Positions 22,830 through 32,619 of a stretch of 64,000 nucleotides of DNA are shown piece after piece (position 1 is the first letter of the stretch; each line of letters opens with the position of its first letter). The DNA lies in contig CAWEWF010000014.1 in NCBI GenBank assembly GCA_963812605.1, positions 416,001 to 480,000 on the forward strand, read 5' to 3'. The position numbers were made by a program, and so were the translations under genes. The notes under the pieces were generated by a model. That model had not been told where the DNA came from. It worked only from the letters and a program-made list of their open reading frames with translations, and searched no databases. The stretch is from an uncultured Verrucomicrobiae bacterium (GTDB taxonomy: Bacteria > Verrucomicrobiota > Verrucomicrobiia > Palsa-1439).

Positions 22830-22962
22830 CGCATCTTGTTCTTCCTGACTCGCGAATACTACCGAAGCGCAGAGTGCCGCAAGAAGAGCTTCAAGTCAAT
22901 CAGCGAAGGAACAAATTACCGTGCGGCTAGCGAAGCCGCAATCGTGTTGTCGTGGAAGCTTA

Positions 22963-23676
22963 CTACCAGGCGCTCATCGTGTCGTAGCGGAAAGTCATAT
23001 CGCTGGCGATGTAGCCGCCATACCATTGGACGTGTCCATCGGCGAAGAGCAGGTTCTGGCCGGCGCCATGGCGTTGCCAATCCATCCATACCCCAGCGCC
23101 GCCGGTCGGGCCTCCCACGCAGTTCTGCGTGAAATCATCCTTGTCGGCATCGACCGGCTGGAAACTGCTGCCGCTCGCCCGTTGGCCGCCCGTGTCCCCC
23201 GACAGCACGTAAGCTTGGGGATAGACAATGCGTCGGCGGTCGACGGAGACGAAGTGATTTGTACCCGCGGCGACGTATGCGGCACGCGCGCCGTTGAAGT
23301 AACTGAAAGCGGAACGCGTATCGAGAGGACAATGATAGATTACCTTGCTCTTGGTGTAGGGGAAGATCTGCTGCATCCAGCTCGGTAGTCCCGTCGTCGA
23401 GTCGGTTTGATCCCAAGGGATCATATCTCCCGAGCAAGGAAACATCTCGCCGTGCTCGTCGGCGTAGAGGCTCATGGCAACGTGAATCTGGTGGAGGTTG
23501 GAACAACATTGAGCGGCAGCCGCCTTCGCCTTGGCCATCCCCAGGACCGGCAGCAGCAACGCAGCCAGAACGCCGATGATCGCAATCACGACCAGCAACT
23601 CGATCAAGGTGAATGCCTTGCGGTTCAATGCAACCCTCCTGCTTCCATGGGCATGCATAATGATGGCAAAAACCAT
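22963..23676 (-). CDS. Prepilin-type N-methylation protein with H-X9-DG motif
   Basis: [46 protein letters not shown]. Start uncertain. Confidence 0.9.
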   Translation of the reverse strand: MVFAIIMHAHGSRRVALNRKAFTLIELLVVIAIIGVLAALLLPVLGMAKAKAAAAQCCSNLHQIHVAMSLYADEHGEMFPCSGDMIPWDQTDSTTGLPSWMQQIFPYTKSKVIYHCPLDTRSAFSYFNGARAAYVAAGTNHFVSVDRRRIVYPQAYVLSGDTGGQRASGSSFQPVDADKDDFTQNCVGGPTGGAGVWMDWQRHGAGQNLLFADGHVQWYGGYIASDMTFRYDTMSAW

Positions 23677-23756
23677 TGTTCGCGTCCAGCCATTTATGTT
23701 GAAACAAAGTGGGGCGTTCGAGCGTCTTACTTGTTGGAGAAAGAAGGTGTAGAGAT

Positions 23757-24484
23757 ATGAAACGGGCGATTTTGGATGTGGTGCTGGGGATGCTTTTGGT
23801 CGGAACTTCGGCGTACGCGCAAATGGGAGCCAGAGGTGGTTCGGTCAATGGTGCGAGAGAGAGCTTCGGAAATGGCGGTTCTGTCGAACGGGCTCCCGCT
23901 CCTTCGTTCCATGGTGGTCCTGGCCCAAGAGTTAATGTCCCGATGCCGGGTCACATGATGGTTGATCCGCGAAGCTTTGGGCATCCGGGTGTTGTCGGCG
24001 ATAGGGGTCCAGGTGACCGGAGAACGTTTGGTCAGCGGGGCGATTTTGGTGATCGGCGTGTTTTCCGCGGAGGGCTTTTCGAGCATGGTTTTGGTCGTGG
24101 GCGCGGCGTGGTCGTCTTTGCGTACGGCGTCCCGTATTACTCTTACCCTGACTACGGGTATGACGATTCAGCACCGTACTACGCGCCGGATTCGTCTTAC
24201 GTGCCGGATTCCGCAGTGGAATACACTTCGACCCAGACACGCAGACGCAGCAATACACGAATCAAGACGCCGATAGCTACTATCAGCCTGGTTATCAATG
24301 GGGTGGCGAAATGAAGCTGTACCACGTGACCATGGACCAGTTCGTGGTGTACTTGAAGTCGTATATCGTGAATTCATCGCCGGTCCAGCAGGCAGCTTTC
24401 CGCTCGGGATTTGTGGCGCACTTCGGCGCGGACGGGCAAACGATCTACGATCAAGCCGTGCAACAGGCCCTCCAGCCCAGCTAA
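23757..24484 (+). CDS. Exported Gly/Tyr-rich hypothetical protein (apparent frameshift ~24240)
   Basis: Signal peptide MKRAIL...AYAQ and G/R-rich region, then YYQPGYQWGG...QALQPS* in another frame. Confidence 0.6.
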
Positions 24485-24607
24485 ATCTCCACGCTGTCTT
24501 GCGACAAGAGAAAAGCTGATGGATTCGACAGGCAGTATCTTTCCCTTGAGGTGACGGCTGGCTCCGCATAACATTCCACGAATGGGACCCTCCAAGGAAT
24601 GCGGTCA

Positions 24608-24847
24608 ATGACGACGGTTGAACAGGAGCTACGGGACGCGCTCGCCAAATTCATGCGCGCCGCAGCCGATAAAAACAAGGCTGTGGTGGCCGCGACGCTG
24701 GCGCGCGTGACGGAATTACAACAACAACTTGGCGCCGATGCGCCTCCGATGCTGCGTCATTACCTCGAGCGGCGCAGTTACCAGAAAGCGCTGGATTTCC
24801 TGAACGCGGGCCGGCCGGAGACGGAAACGCCGCGGTGTGGGCACTAA
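24608..24847 (+). CDS. Small hypothetical protein
   Basis: PPMLRHYLERRSYQKALDFL. Confidence 0.65.
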   Translation: MTTVEQELRDALAKFMRAAADKNKAVVAATLARVTELQQQLGADAPPMLRHYLERRSYQKALDFLNAGRPETETPRCGH

Positions 24848-25258
24848 CTACGCGGCATTCTTTGCGCGACGGCGCTCCATCGCCCAGAGGGTGATAATCG
24901 TGAGCAAATCGCTGGTGACATGGAACCTGCGGACGCCGTCGTAAGCCGGCGGCGTTAACGTAGGCTCAAGTGCCTCACGTACCTTCATATCGGGTGTGTC
25001 TGATCCTGTGGTAGAAGCCTGCTTGATTGCGTCCAGGGTGGCGAATCGCTGTAGCGTCGTGTCGTGAATGGCATCGAGGTTCTTGTAGGCAAAAAAAGCG
25101 AAGAGCACCGTAACCAGGGTGGTCGTAAAAAAGTCCCGTTGCTTGCGGAGAGACGAGAACGCCAGCAGGCCGCCGATCACGACAACGTAAAGGGTCCAAT
25201 ACGCCTGGAGCGCATTCGAACGCTCGAAGTAAAGTTGGATCAATTCGCTATACCGCAC
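24848..25258 (-). CDS. Hypothetical membrane protein
   Basis: Three hydrophobic segments; GTG start inferred. Confidence 0.65.
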   Translation of the reverse strand: MRYSELIQLYFERSNALQAYWTLYVVVIGGLLAFSSLRKQRDFFTTTLVTVLFAFFAYKNLDAIHDTTLQRFATLDAIKQASTTGSDTPDMKVREALEPTLTPPAYDGVRRFHVTSDLLTIITLWAMERRRAKNAA

Positions 25259-25398
25259 GAACGCCTCCGTTTGAATTCTTACGAGGGGTGCAGCCCGAAG
25301 GCAAGCCGGAAGAGCCCAGGGACTTTTGCCTTGCTTGAGGTTTTGGCACGGCGATAGTCTGGCGCGCAACGCCGGGACGTTGAGGACGACCCGTAGTC

Positions 25399-26046
25399 AT
25401 GACGCAATATCAACCAACTTCTCGACGACCGATTGCCGATATGTTTCGAAGGTTCGCGCACGGCCCCACACATTGGTGTGTGAGCCATAATGTTCATCCC
25501 GATCAAATCTCCTATCTCTCAGTGGTTGCCGCGGCAGTGGCGGCGGTGTGTTTTTGGCGTTCGAGCGCATACCCGTGGCTGCTGATAATCGGGCCGGTGT
25601 TCTGTTACCTACGGCTCTGGTGTAACATGCTGGATGGGATGGTTGCCTTGGCCGGCGGCAAAGCCAGTTGGCGCGGGGAGATCCTGAATGATCTGCCGGA
25701 TCGCGTGTCGGATGTGTTGATCTTTGTTGGAGTGGCGCATAGCGGATTCGGCAATGTTTTCCTGGGCTACTGGGCGGCGATTTTTGCGGTGCTGACAGCC
25801 TACGTGGGAATGTTTGGGCAGGCAGTGGGAGTGCAGCGCGAGTTCAGCGGCGTGATGGCCAAGCCATGGCGGATGGTGGCACTGCACATTGGCGCCTGGC
25901 TGGCATTTGTTTGGCGGGGCCGATACGGCGGGCCAACCGTCCTGGACTGGACGTGTCTCGTCGTGATTGCCGGATGTGTGGAGACCATCGCCGTCCGGTT
26001 GACACGAATCTTCGACGCGCTGCGTGCGAAGGACCTGAAGCGATGA
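25399..26046 (+). CDS. CDP-alcohol phosphatidyltransferase (YnbA-like)
   Basis: NMLDGMVA...GEILNDLPDRVSD signature. Confidence 0.9.
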   Translation: MTQYQPTSRRPIADMFRRFAHGPTHWCVSHNVHPDQISYLSVVAAAVAAVCFWRSSAYPWLLIIGPVFCYLRLWCNMLDGMVALAGGKASWRGEILNDLPDRVSDVLIFVGVAHSGFGNVFLGYWAAIFAVLTAYVGMFGQAVGVQREFSGVMAKPWRMVALHIGAWLAFVWRGRYGGPTVLDWTCLVVIAGCVETIAVRLTRIFDALRAKDLKR

Positions 26047-26996
26047 ACGCAACCTTCGCGCTACATGATCCCGTATTTCGCCTTTACTGCATCATCACCG
26101 CCGGGGCATTGGTTGTGGGGGGTGTCCTGCTGGTATTCCTGACGCTGGTGTTGAAGAAGGACCTGCAATCGGTTTGGGCGACGTATCGGAGTTGGTTGCT
26201 GATGGCGCCGATGGTTCTGGGGTGTGTGTGCGTCGGGCGCGTGACGACGATCGTGTTGGTTTGGCTGCTGGCGATGGGCGGATTCAAGGAATACGCGCGC
26301 GCGACGGGGTTGTATCGGGACTGGTGGATGACCGGTGCGATGTACGTCGCGATCTTCGCGGTTGCCATTGTTTCGTTGCTTCCGCGGCCGCCGGGTGGCG
26401 ACCGGGGGCCCGGCTGGTACGGATTGTTCATGACCCTGCCGGTGTTCGCCATCGCGATGATTTTGATTATCCCTATCATTCGCAACCAGGTGCAAGGTCA
26501 ACTCCAAAGGATGTCGCAAGCCATCGTGGGTTTCATTTACATCGGTTGGATGTTTGGCCATCTCGGGTTTCTGGCAAACTCCGATCATCCCTACGGCTAC
26601 CTGCTCTACGTGATCTTTGCCACGGAATTGAACGACGTGGCGGCGTTTACCTGTGGAAAGCTTTTTGGACGGCACACGTTGCGCGGCAACATCAGTCCAA
26701 ATAAGACCTGGGAAGGGGCGCTCGGCGCGCTCGGCGTCTCACTGGTGTTGCCATGGGTGTTACGGTTCTCATTCCCGCATTTCGGGACCGTGCAACTTGT
26801 ATTGACGGGTCTCATTGTCGGTGTCGGCGGTCAACTTGGGGACTTGTCCATCAGCGTCATCAAACGCGACATAGGCATCAAAGACATGGGCGCGGCAATT
26901 CCCGGTCATGGAGGAGTCCTTGATCGGATCGACAGCCTCATTTATGTCGCACCCCTGTTCCTGCACATGGTGGACTATTGCTATCGGATTTGGTGA
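26043..26996 (+). CDS. Phosphatidate cytidylyltransferase (YnbB-like)
   Basis: ISPNKTWEG, KRDIGIKDMG, PGHGGVLDRIDS. Confidence 0.93.
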   Translation: MNATFALHDPVFRLYCIITAGALVVGGVLLVFLTLVLKKDLQSVWATYRSWLLMAPMVLGCVCVGRVTTIVLVWLLAMGGFKEYARATGLYRDWWMTGAMYVAIFAVAIVSLLPRPPGGDRGPGWYGLFMTLPVFAIAMILIIPIIRNQVQGQLQRMSQAIVGFIYIGWMFGHLGFLANSDHPYGYLLYVIFATELNDVAAFTCGKLFGRHTLRGNISPNKTWEGALGALGVSLVLPWVLRFSFPHFGTVQLVLTGLIVGVGGQLGDLSISVIKRDIGIKDMGAAIPGHGGVLDRIDSLIYVAPLFLHMVDYCYRIW

Positions 26997-27712
26997 CCAT
27001 GGAAACGTGGCGCTACGAACCAGCCAGTGATCTCGACCAGCCCATGATCGAGCGCTTGCGGCGATTTCCGCGCGAACCCGATATGCTGGTCTACACAGTG
27101 CGGTCGCTGGCGGCATTGATGATGCGCGGGTGGTTGAAACTCTACCATCGTCTCGAAATTACGGGCAGCGAACATTTACCGGCCACAGGCTCGTTCGTCA
27201 TGGTCGCGAACCACGCCAGCCATCTGGATGCGCTGTGTCTGCTGTCGGCCCTCCCATTGCGCAAGCTCCACCGCGCATTCCCGGCAGCCGCGCGCGACTA
27301 TTTCTTCGTCACCGCCCCACGCGTGGCCGCGGCGGCGATTCTGGTGAACGCGTTGCCGTTCGAACGGCAGGTGCATGCTCGCCAAAGCCTGGAACTCTGC
27401 CGGCACCTGCTCGCCAACAACGGCAATATCATGGTCCTGTTTCCCGAAGGCACCCGCAGTCTCGACGGCACGGTCGGCAAATTCCGTCCCGGTATTGGCT
27501 GGTTGCTGGCAGGCACATCGGTGCCCGTGCTCCCGTGCCGGCTGGATGGATGTCACGCGGCTCTGCCGAAAGGCGTGCGCTGGCCACGACCCTGTCGGCT
27601 GCGGCTGACAATCGGCGCACCGCGGACGTATGCGGATGCAGAACCTGAAGCGATTGCCGACGATTTGCGCGGTGCAATACTAGCCATGGAGGCGAAGCAT
27701 GCACCACACTGA
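26978..27712 (+). CDS. Lysophospholipid acyltransferase (PlsC family)
   Basis: NHASHLD and FPEGTRS motifs. Confidence 0.92.
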   Translation: MLSDLVTMETWRYEPASDLDQPMIERLRRFPREPDMLVYTVRSLAALMMRGWLKLYHRLEITGSEHLPATGSFVMVANHASHLDALCLLSALPLRKLHRAFPAAARDYFFVTAPRVAAAAILVNALPFERQVHARQSLELCRHLLANNGNIMVLFPEGTRSLDGTVGKFRPGIGWLLAGTSVPVLPCRLDGCHAALPKGVRWPRPCRLRLTIGAPRTYADAEPEAIADDLRGAILAMEAKHAPH

Positions 27713-29399
27713 ACACACGTCGCCGAGTTGGGACGGCGTCGATTTGTTTTATCGGACGTGGCTGCCGGGAAAGAAGGCGAAGAAAGCGCTCCTGCTTTTC
27801 CATCGTGGCCACGAACACTCTGCGCGGTGGCAGGAAACCGTGGACGCGTTGGCGCTTGACGATGTGGCTGTGTTTGCATGGGACGCGCGCGGACATGGGC
27901 GCTCGCCCGGGGAGCGCGGGTCCGCCGACAACCTGGGGGTTTTGGTAAAGGACATGGACGCGTTCGTCCGACATGTCTCCAAAGAATACAACATTGCCGT
28001 GCGCGATATGATGGTGATGGCGCACAGCGTCGGCGGAGTCATTGCCGCGGCGTGGGTGCATGATTACGCGCCGCCGATCCGAGGAATGATCCTGGCCGTA
28101 CCGGCGTTTCGTGTGAAGCTTTACGTTCCCCTGGCGGTTCCGTTCCTGCGGCTGCGGCAGAAGCTGCTCGGCCATGGCTACGTAAAGAGTTACGTAAAGG
28201 GGAAGATGCTCACGCATGATCCGCTGCAGGCAATCGCGTATGCGGCGGACAAACTCATTTTTCGCCAGATAGCCGTTAATATCCTCCTCGACTTGCACGA
28301 TGCCGGCACGCGATTGGTCGCCGATGCCGGCGCGATCGCTACACCGACGCTGCTGCTGGGGGCCGGCAGCGATTGGGTGGTGAAACTTTCGGCGCAGCAA
28401 GAGTTCTTTGAGCGACTCTCGTCGCCGGTCAAGCAGATGGAAGTCTACCCGGGCTTCTACCACTGCATCTTCCATGAGAAAGACCGCCACCTGCCGATTG
28501 CCAAAGCGCGCGAGTTCATCCTCGAGCGATTTCGACAGCCAAGCCTACCGGGCGATACGACACGTTATACCCAGGCGGAGTACGATCGACTTGTCGCAAC
28601 TCGCGGGCTGCAGTTCTTGCCCGTCAAGCTCATGATGAGAACGATGGGGCGATTGAGCAGTGGTATTCGCCTGGGCTGTCGGGCCGGCTTCGATTCCGGT
28701 GTCATGCTCGACTACGTCTACGAGAATCAGCCGCGCGGGACCACCCCGCTGGGACGGCTCATCGACCGGCAATACCTCAACAGCATCGGTTGGCGGGGGA
28801 TTCGGCAACGGAAGGTGAACCTGGAAAAAATATTGCGCGAGACCATTCGGCGAGTCCACGAGGCAGGGCGACCGGTCCGCATCCTCGACATCGCCGCGGG
28901 CGCGGGACGGTATGTCCTGGAGACGATGCGGGCGCTGCCGGACATTCCGATCAGCGCGTTGTTGCGCGATTACAAAACGGAGAACCTTGAGGCGGCGCAA
29001 CGGCTGGCGGAGGAGATGTCCCTGAAAGACGTGATTGTGGTGCAGGGCGATGCGTTTGACCGCGCCTCGCTGGCGGGGGTGACACCGAAGCCAACCATCG
29101 CCATCGTCTCGGGCTTATACGAACTGTTCCCGTCGAATGAACCGGTCATGAACTCATTGCGCGGACTGGCTGACGCCATCGAACCGGGCGGCTTTCTCAT
29201 TTACACCAACCAGCCGTGGCATCCGCAGGTGGAATTCATCGCGCGGGTGTTGACCAATCGCGAGGGCCAGCCGTGGATCATGCGGCGGCGGACACAGACG
29301 GAGATGGACGAATTGGTGAAGACGGCCGGCTTCGAGAAACTTCTTCAGGAGAGCGATCAATGGGGCATCTTCACGGTGTCGGTCGCCCGACGAAAGTAG
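27699..29399 (+). CDS. Alpha/beta hydrolase fused to SAM methyltransferase (YnbC-like)
   Basis: HRGHEHS, AHSVGG, ILDIAAGAGRY, YTNQPWHPQ. Confidence 0.9.
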   Translation: MHHTEHTSPSWDGVDLFYRTWLPGKKAKKALLLFHRGHEHSARWQETVDALALDDVAVFAWDARGHGRSPGERGSADNLGVLVKDMDAFVRHVSKEYNIAVRDMMVMAHSVGGVIAAAWVHDYAPPIRGMILAVPAFRVKLYVPLAVPFLRLRQKLLGHGYVKSYVKGKMLTHDPLQAIAYAADKLIFRQIAVNILLDLHDAGTRLVADAGAIATPTLLLGAGSDWVVKLSAQQEFFERLSSPVKQMEVYPGFYHCIFHEKDRHLPIAKAREFILERFRQPSLPGDTTRYTQAEYDRLVATRGLQFLPVKLMMRTMGRLSSGIRLGCRAGFDSGVMLDYVYENQPRGTTPLGRLIDRQYLNSIGWRGIRQRKVNLEKILRETIRRVHEAGRPVRILDIAAGAGRYVLETMRALPDIPISALLRDYKTENLEAAQRLAEEMSLKDVIVVQGDAFDRASLAGVTPKPTIAIVSGLYELFPSNEPVMNSLRGLADAIEPGGFLIYTNQPWHPQVEFIARVLTNREGQPWIMRRRTQTEMDELVKTAGFEKLLQESDQWGIFTVSVARRK

Positions 29400-30676
29400 C
29401 CCGGTTCGTTTGGATGGTCGGTTGCGTGCTGCTGTTCGTCGTGGTGTATGGCGTGAGTAACTGGCTGGCGTCACAGCGCGCCCAGGTGGGCACGTGGTTT
29501 TATGATTGGGAAATGCGGATCCCGTTTGTGCCGGTAATGATCGTGCCGTATTGGTCGATCGACCTGTTCTTTCTTGGTTCCTTCTGGGTGTGCAGCGATC
29601 GCCGCGAGCTTGAAGTCCTTGGGCGACGGATCGCCTGCGCGATCCTCGTGGCCGGTATCTTCTTTGTGGCGATGCCGCTACGTATTGGGTTTCCACGTCC
29701 GCCGGTTTCGGGGGCGCTGGGCGCAATGTTTGGGTTGTTGCGGGCGTTTGACCAGCCGCACAATCTGTTTCCGTCGTTGCATATCGCGCTGTGGTTGATC
29801 CTGCGTACTGTGTACGTGCGGCACACGCGAGGAATGTGGCAGTGGGTGGTGAAACTGTGGTTCGTATTGATTGCCGTGTCGACTTTGTTGACGTGGCAAC
29901 ACCAGGTTGTGGACGTACTCGGTGGTCTTGGCTTGGCAGTGGTCTGCTTCTACTCGTTTCGCGAAACGCCGGCCTGTTTGCCCGTCACGCCGAATTACCG
30001 GGTGGGGAGTTATTACTCCGTTGGAAGCTTGGTGCTGGCGGGAACGGGTGTTCTTTGGCCGTGGTTGCTGTGGCCGGCACTTGCGCTGGCGCTGGTGGCG
30101 ACCGGGTATTTCGGGATCGGCCCGGCTGTGTTTCGGAAGGAGAACGGTGGTCTGCCCTTGAGCACAAAATTACTGCTCGGCCCGGTCGTGGTCGGGCAAT
30201 GGTTGTCGCTGGTGTACTACCGGCGGCAATGCCGGCCCTGGGACGAAGTTGTGCCGGGCCTGTTTATCGGACGACAATTGAGCGATACGGAAGCGGCCGC
30301 TGTCGGTGCGACAGCGGTGCTGGATTTAACGTGCGAGTTTTCCGAGGCGCGACCATTTTTGGCGGTAGTCTATTGCAATCTTCCCGTTCTCGATCTCACC
30401 GGGCCGACGCCGCAACAGTTGCGCGAAGCCGTGACGTTCATCACGGAGCATGCGGGGAAGGGGAAGGTGTACGTCCATTGCAAGATTGGTTACTCGCGCA
30501 GCGCTGCCGTGGTTGGTTCTTATTTGTTGGCCAGCAAACGGGCTGCGTCCGTGGAGGAGGCGGTCGCGTTACTGTGCGCGGCGCGACCGCCAATCATTGT
30601 GCGTCCCGAAGCGATGGAAGCGTTGCGAACCTTTGCGAAACTGACGGTGCCGTCATTGGGCGGGAGTTGCGGGTAA
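29360..30676 (+). CDS. PAP2 plus dual-specificity phosphatase (YnbD-like)
   Basis: FPSLH, TWQHQVVDV, HCKIGYSRS (CX5R). Start uncertain (29360 or 29414). Confidence 0.88.
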   Translation: MGHLHGVGRPTKVARFVWMVGCVLLFVVVYGVSNWLASQRAQVGTWFYDWEMRIPFVPVMIVPYWSIDLFFLGSFWVCSDRRELEVLGRRIACAILVAGIFFVAMPLRIGFPRPPVSGALGAMFGLLRAFDQPHNLFPSLHIALWLILRTVYVRHTRGMWQWVVKLWFVLIAVSTLLTWQHQVVDVLGGLGLAVVCFYSFRETPACLPVTPNYRVGSYYSVGSLVLAGTGVLWPWLLWPALALALVATGYFGIGPAVFRKENGGLPLSTKLLLGPVVVGQWLSLVYYRRQCRPWDEVVPGLFIGRQLSDTEAAAVGATAVLDLTCEFSEARPFLAVVYCNLPVLDLTGPTPQQLREAVTFITEHAGKGKVYVHCKIGYSRSAAVVGSYLLASKRAASVEEAVALLCAARPPIIVRPEAMEALRTFAKLTVPSLGGSCG

Positions 30677-32536
30677 TGACAGTACCGGGCAATACGGGCC
30701 GATCAATTCCCGTCGCCACCAGGCGCCGGTCTTGCGGCGGGTGGCGAAGTCGGTGAAGTGATAATCGTACTCGGTCGCGCGGAGGTAGCGCGGCGGGGCG
30801 TTGGGGAAGGGGTCGGTTTTCAGGAGCGCGAGGACCTCCGGCTGGCCTTGCAGGAGCCGGGCGCAAAAGTTGATGAACCACGAGCTGGGTTCGCGGTGCG
30901 GGTTCAAGACGTTGAGGGCCTCGAACCACATTTGCCAATCGAGCCGGGGCTGGTGGGGCGCGACGAAGGCGGGTCGTCGGGTCGGATCTCCGGGCTTGTA
31001 CTTGAATTCGTAGGCCGACCACGTCTGACCGTCGTTGCTGCCTTCGATGATGATTTCGGGGCGGGACGTCGTCATCATGGCGAACAGGCCGTAGCCGTTG
31101 AAGCTCCGCAGTGGGGCCAGCGTGCGGTAGAGACTCACCATGGGGCTGGGCCATGAAATTGGTTCGCGGAAGGACCCCGCCAGTGTCATCACTGTGACCA
31201 GGAGCACTAGCGCTGCTACAGGCGCGGTGATCCAACAGGGACATCGCCAACAGCGAGGATTGGCTGTCAGGGTTCGCCAAGGCGACGGGGCGAACCGACG
31301 CAATGCCGCATCGTCCATTAGTAGCACGCAGAGCGCGAGGGCCAGGAGATTGAAGAAGCAATAATTCCCCGTCATCGCGATCAGCGCCATCAGTGTGACA
31401 ATCGCGCCGCAGGCGAAAAACCGCAGTCGGCGCGGGGCGAAGATCAGGAACGGGACAGCCAGCTCGACCGCGAAGAGAAATCCGCAAGAAAACTTTTGGA
31501 ACCACAGGGGAAGCTGGTGCGCATACCACCCGATCCAGGTCGGCAGCGGCTGCGTTTCGTAGTGGAAGGTCAGCGCGGTGAGGCTGTGCCACGTCTTGTC
31601 ACCTGTCGCGAGCTTGACCACGCCTGAGGCGAACATTAGCCGAAAGAGCAACCAACGCAGCAGCCAGAGCGCAGTGCGCGATGGCGGCGCTTCGCGGGCC
31701 AAGCTGGGCAGCAGTTGTCGTGGCGCGAAGAAGATTGCCAGCAAGCCTGTTTCCAAGAGCAGCGCGTCCCACTGGAAGTTCAGGAACGGTTCGCCGACAA
31801 CGCACAAGGATAAATAGAACAGCCACAGCAGCGCCAGCGAGGGGGCGGTTGCGATTCCGAGAATTACCAGCACGGCCAACACCGCGCCGCCACCGCATAG
31901 AAAATGCAAAAATCTGTCGCTGGCGCTGAACCAGCAAAGTGTCGGGGCGAGAGAGAGGGCGTCCCAAACGTTATGCGCGCGCGACCAGTTGTGGACGGCT
32001 TCCATGTACTGCGTTGCGGGCGTGATGCCTTTGCTACCGAGAAGTCCGTCGATTTGCACCCAGAGGGAAATGAAGGCGATAAAGTAAATGATCCCCATCA
32101 GTCGGAGAAAGAGCCAACGCGTGAGAAAGTGTGTGGGCTGTTCGACGTGTTGGCCCCAGAGAAGGCGTGTCAGGAAGGAAAACCCGGTGCGGTGTTTAGC
32201 GACGAAGCGGTAGAGCCCCTCGGTAATTGATGCAACGCCGGGTATTTGTTGATAGCACCACAACGGCCATCGTTTGCAAGGCGCGACCGCCAGCGTGCGG
32301 AAGACCCCTTCGGCAGCGGAGTAGATGTGGCCATCCGTGTCGACGAATTGCACCGCCTCCGTGCATTGCTCACGAGTCAGTTCGGAAAAACGCGCCGCGA
32401 CAGTCGGGTCTTGGAAGGGGATATATTCGACACGATCACCGGTGCTCTGTTGCCACCGAGAGATCCAGCGACGGCAGAAATTGCAGTCGCCGTCGAAGAT
32501 CAGGACGGGTTTGGTCGGTGGTGTTGCGACGCGCAT
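30653..32536 (-). CDS. DCC1-like thiol-disulfide domain fused to lipase maturation factor (LMF) family
   Basis: FDGDCNFC N-terminus; FQWDALLLETG, LFRLMFASGVVK, HYETQPLP, PHQPRLDWQMWF. Confidence 0.9.
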   Translation of the reverse strand: MRVATPPTKPVLIFDGDCNFCRRWISRWQQSTGDRVEYIPFQDPTVAARFSELTREQCTEAVQFVDTDGHIYSAAEGVFRTLAVAPCKRWPLWCYQQIPGVASITEGLYRFVAKHRTGFSFLTRLLWGQHVEQPTHFLTRWLFLRLMGIIYFIAFISLWVQIDGLLGSKGITPATQYMEAVHNWSRAHNVWDALSLAPTLCWFSASDRFLHFLCGGGAVLAVLVILGIATAPSLALLWLFYLSLCVVGEPFLNFQWDALLLETGLLAIFFAPRQLLPSLAREAPPSRTALWLLRWLLFRLMFASGVVKLATGDKTWHSLTALTFHYETQPLPTWIGWYAHQLPLWFQKFSCGFLFAVELAVPFLIFAPRRLRFFACGAIVTLMALIAMTGNYCFFNLLALALCVLLMDDAALRRFAPSPWRTLTANPRCWRCPCWITAPVAALVLLVTVMTLAGSFREPISWPSPMVSLYRTLAPLRSFNGYGLFAMMTTSRPEIIIEGSNDGQTWSAYEFKYKPGDPTRRPAFVAPHQPRLDWQMWFEALNVLNPHREPSSWFINFCARLLQGQPEVLALLKTDPFPNAPPRYLRATEYDYHFTDFATRRKTGAWWRRELIGPYCPVLSLPATPAQ

Positions 32537-32580
32537 GTGAGAAACCTAGCATTGAAGCTACCTGAAGCGGAAGCGCAAGG

Positions 32581-32608
32581 TTGACTCAGTGTACTTTGTC
32601 TGTAGAAT
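32581..32608 (+). promoter_or_regulatory. Putative sigma70 promoter of nuclease gene
   Basis: TTGACT-16nt-TAGAAT, 11 nt before the ATG. Confidence 0.5.
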
Positions 32609-32619
32609 CATAAACCACT

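Noticed and set aside
24511-24532. GGATTCGACAGG resembling a tmRNA 5' end
   Set aside because: No GGGG start, tag ORF or 3' acceptor arm; the spacer is too short
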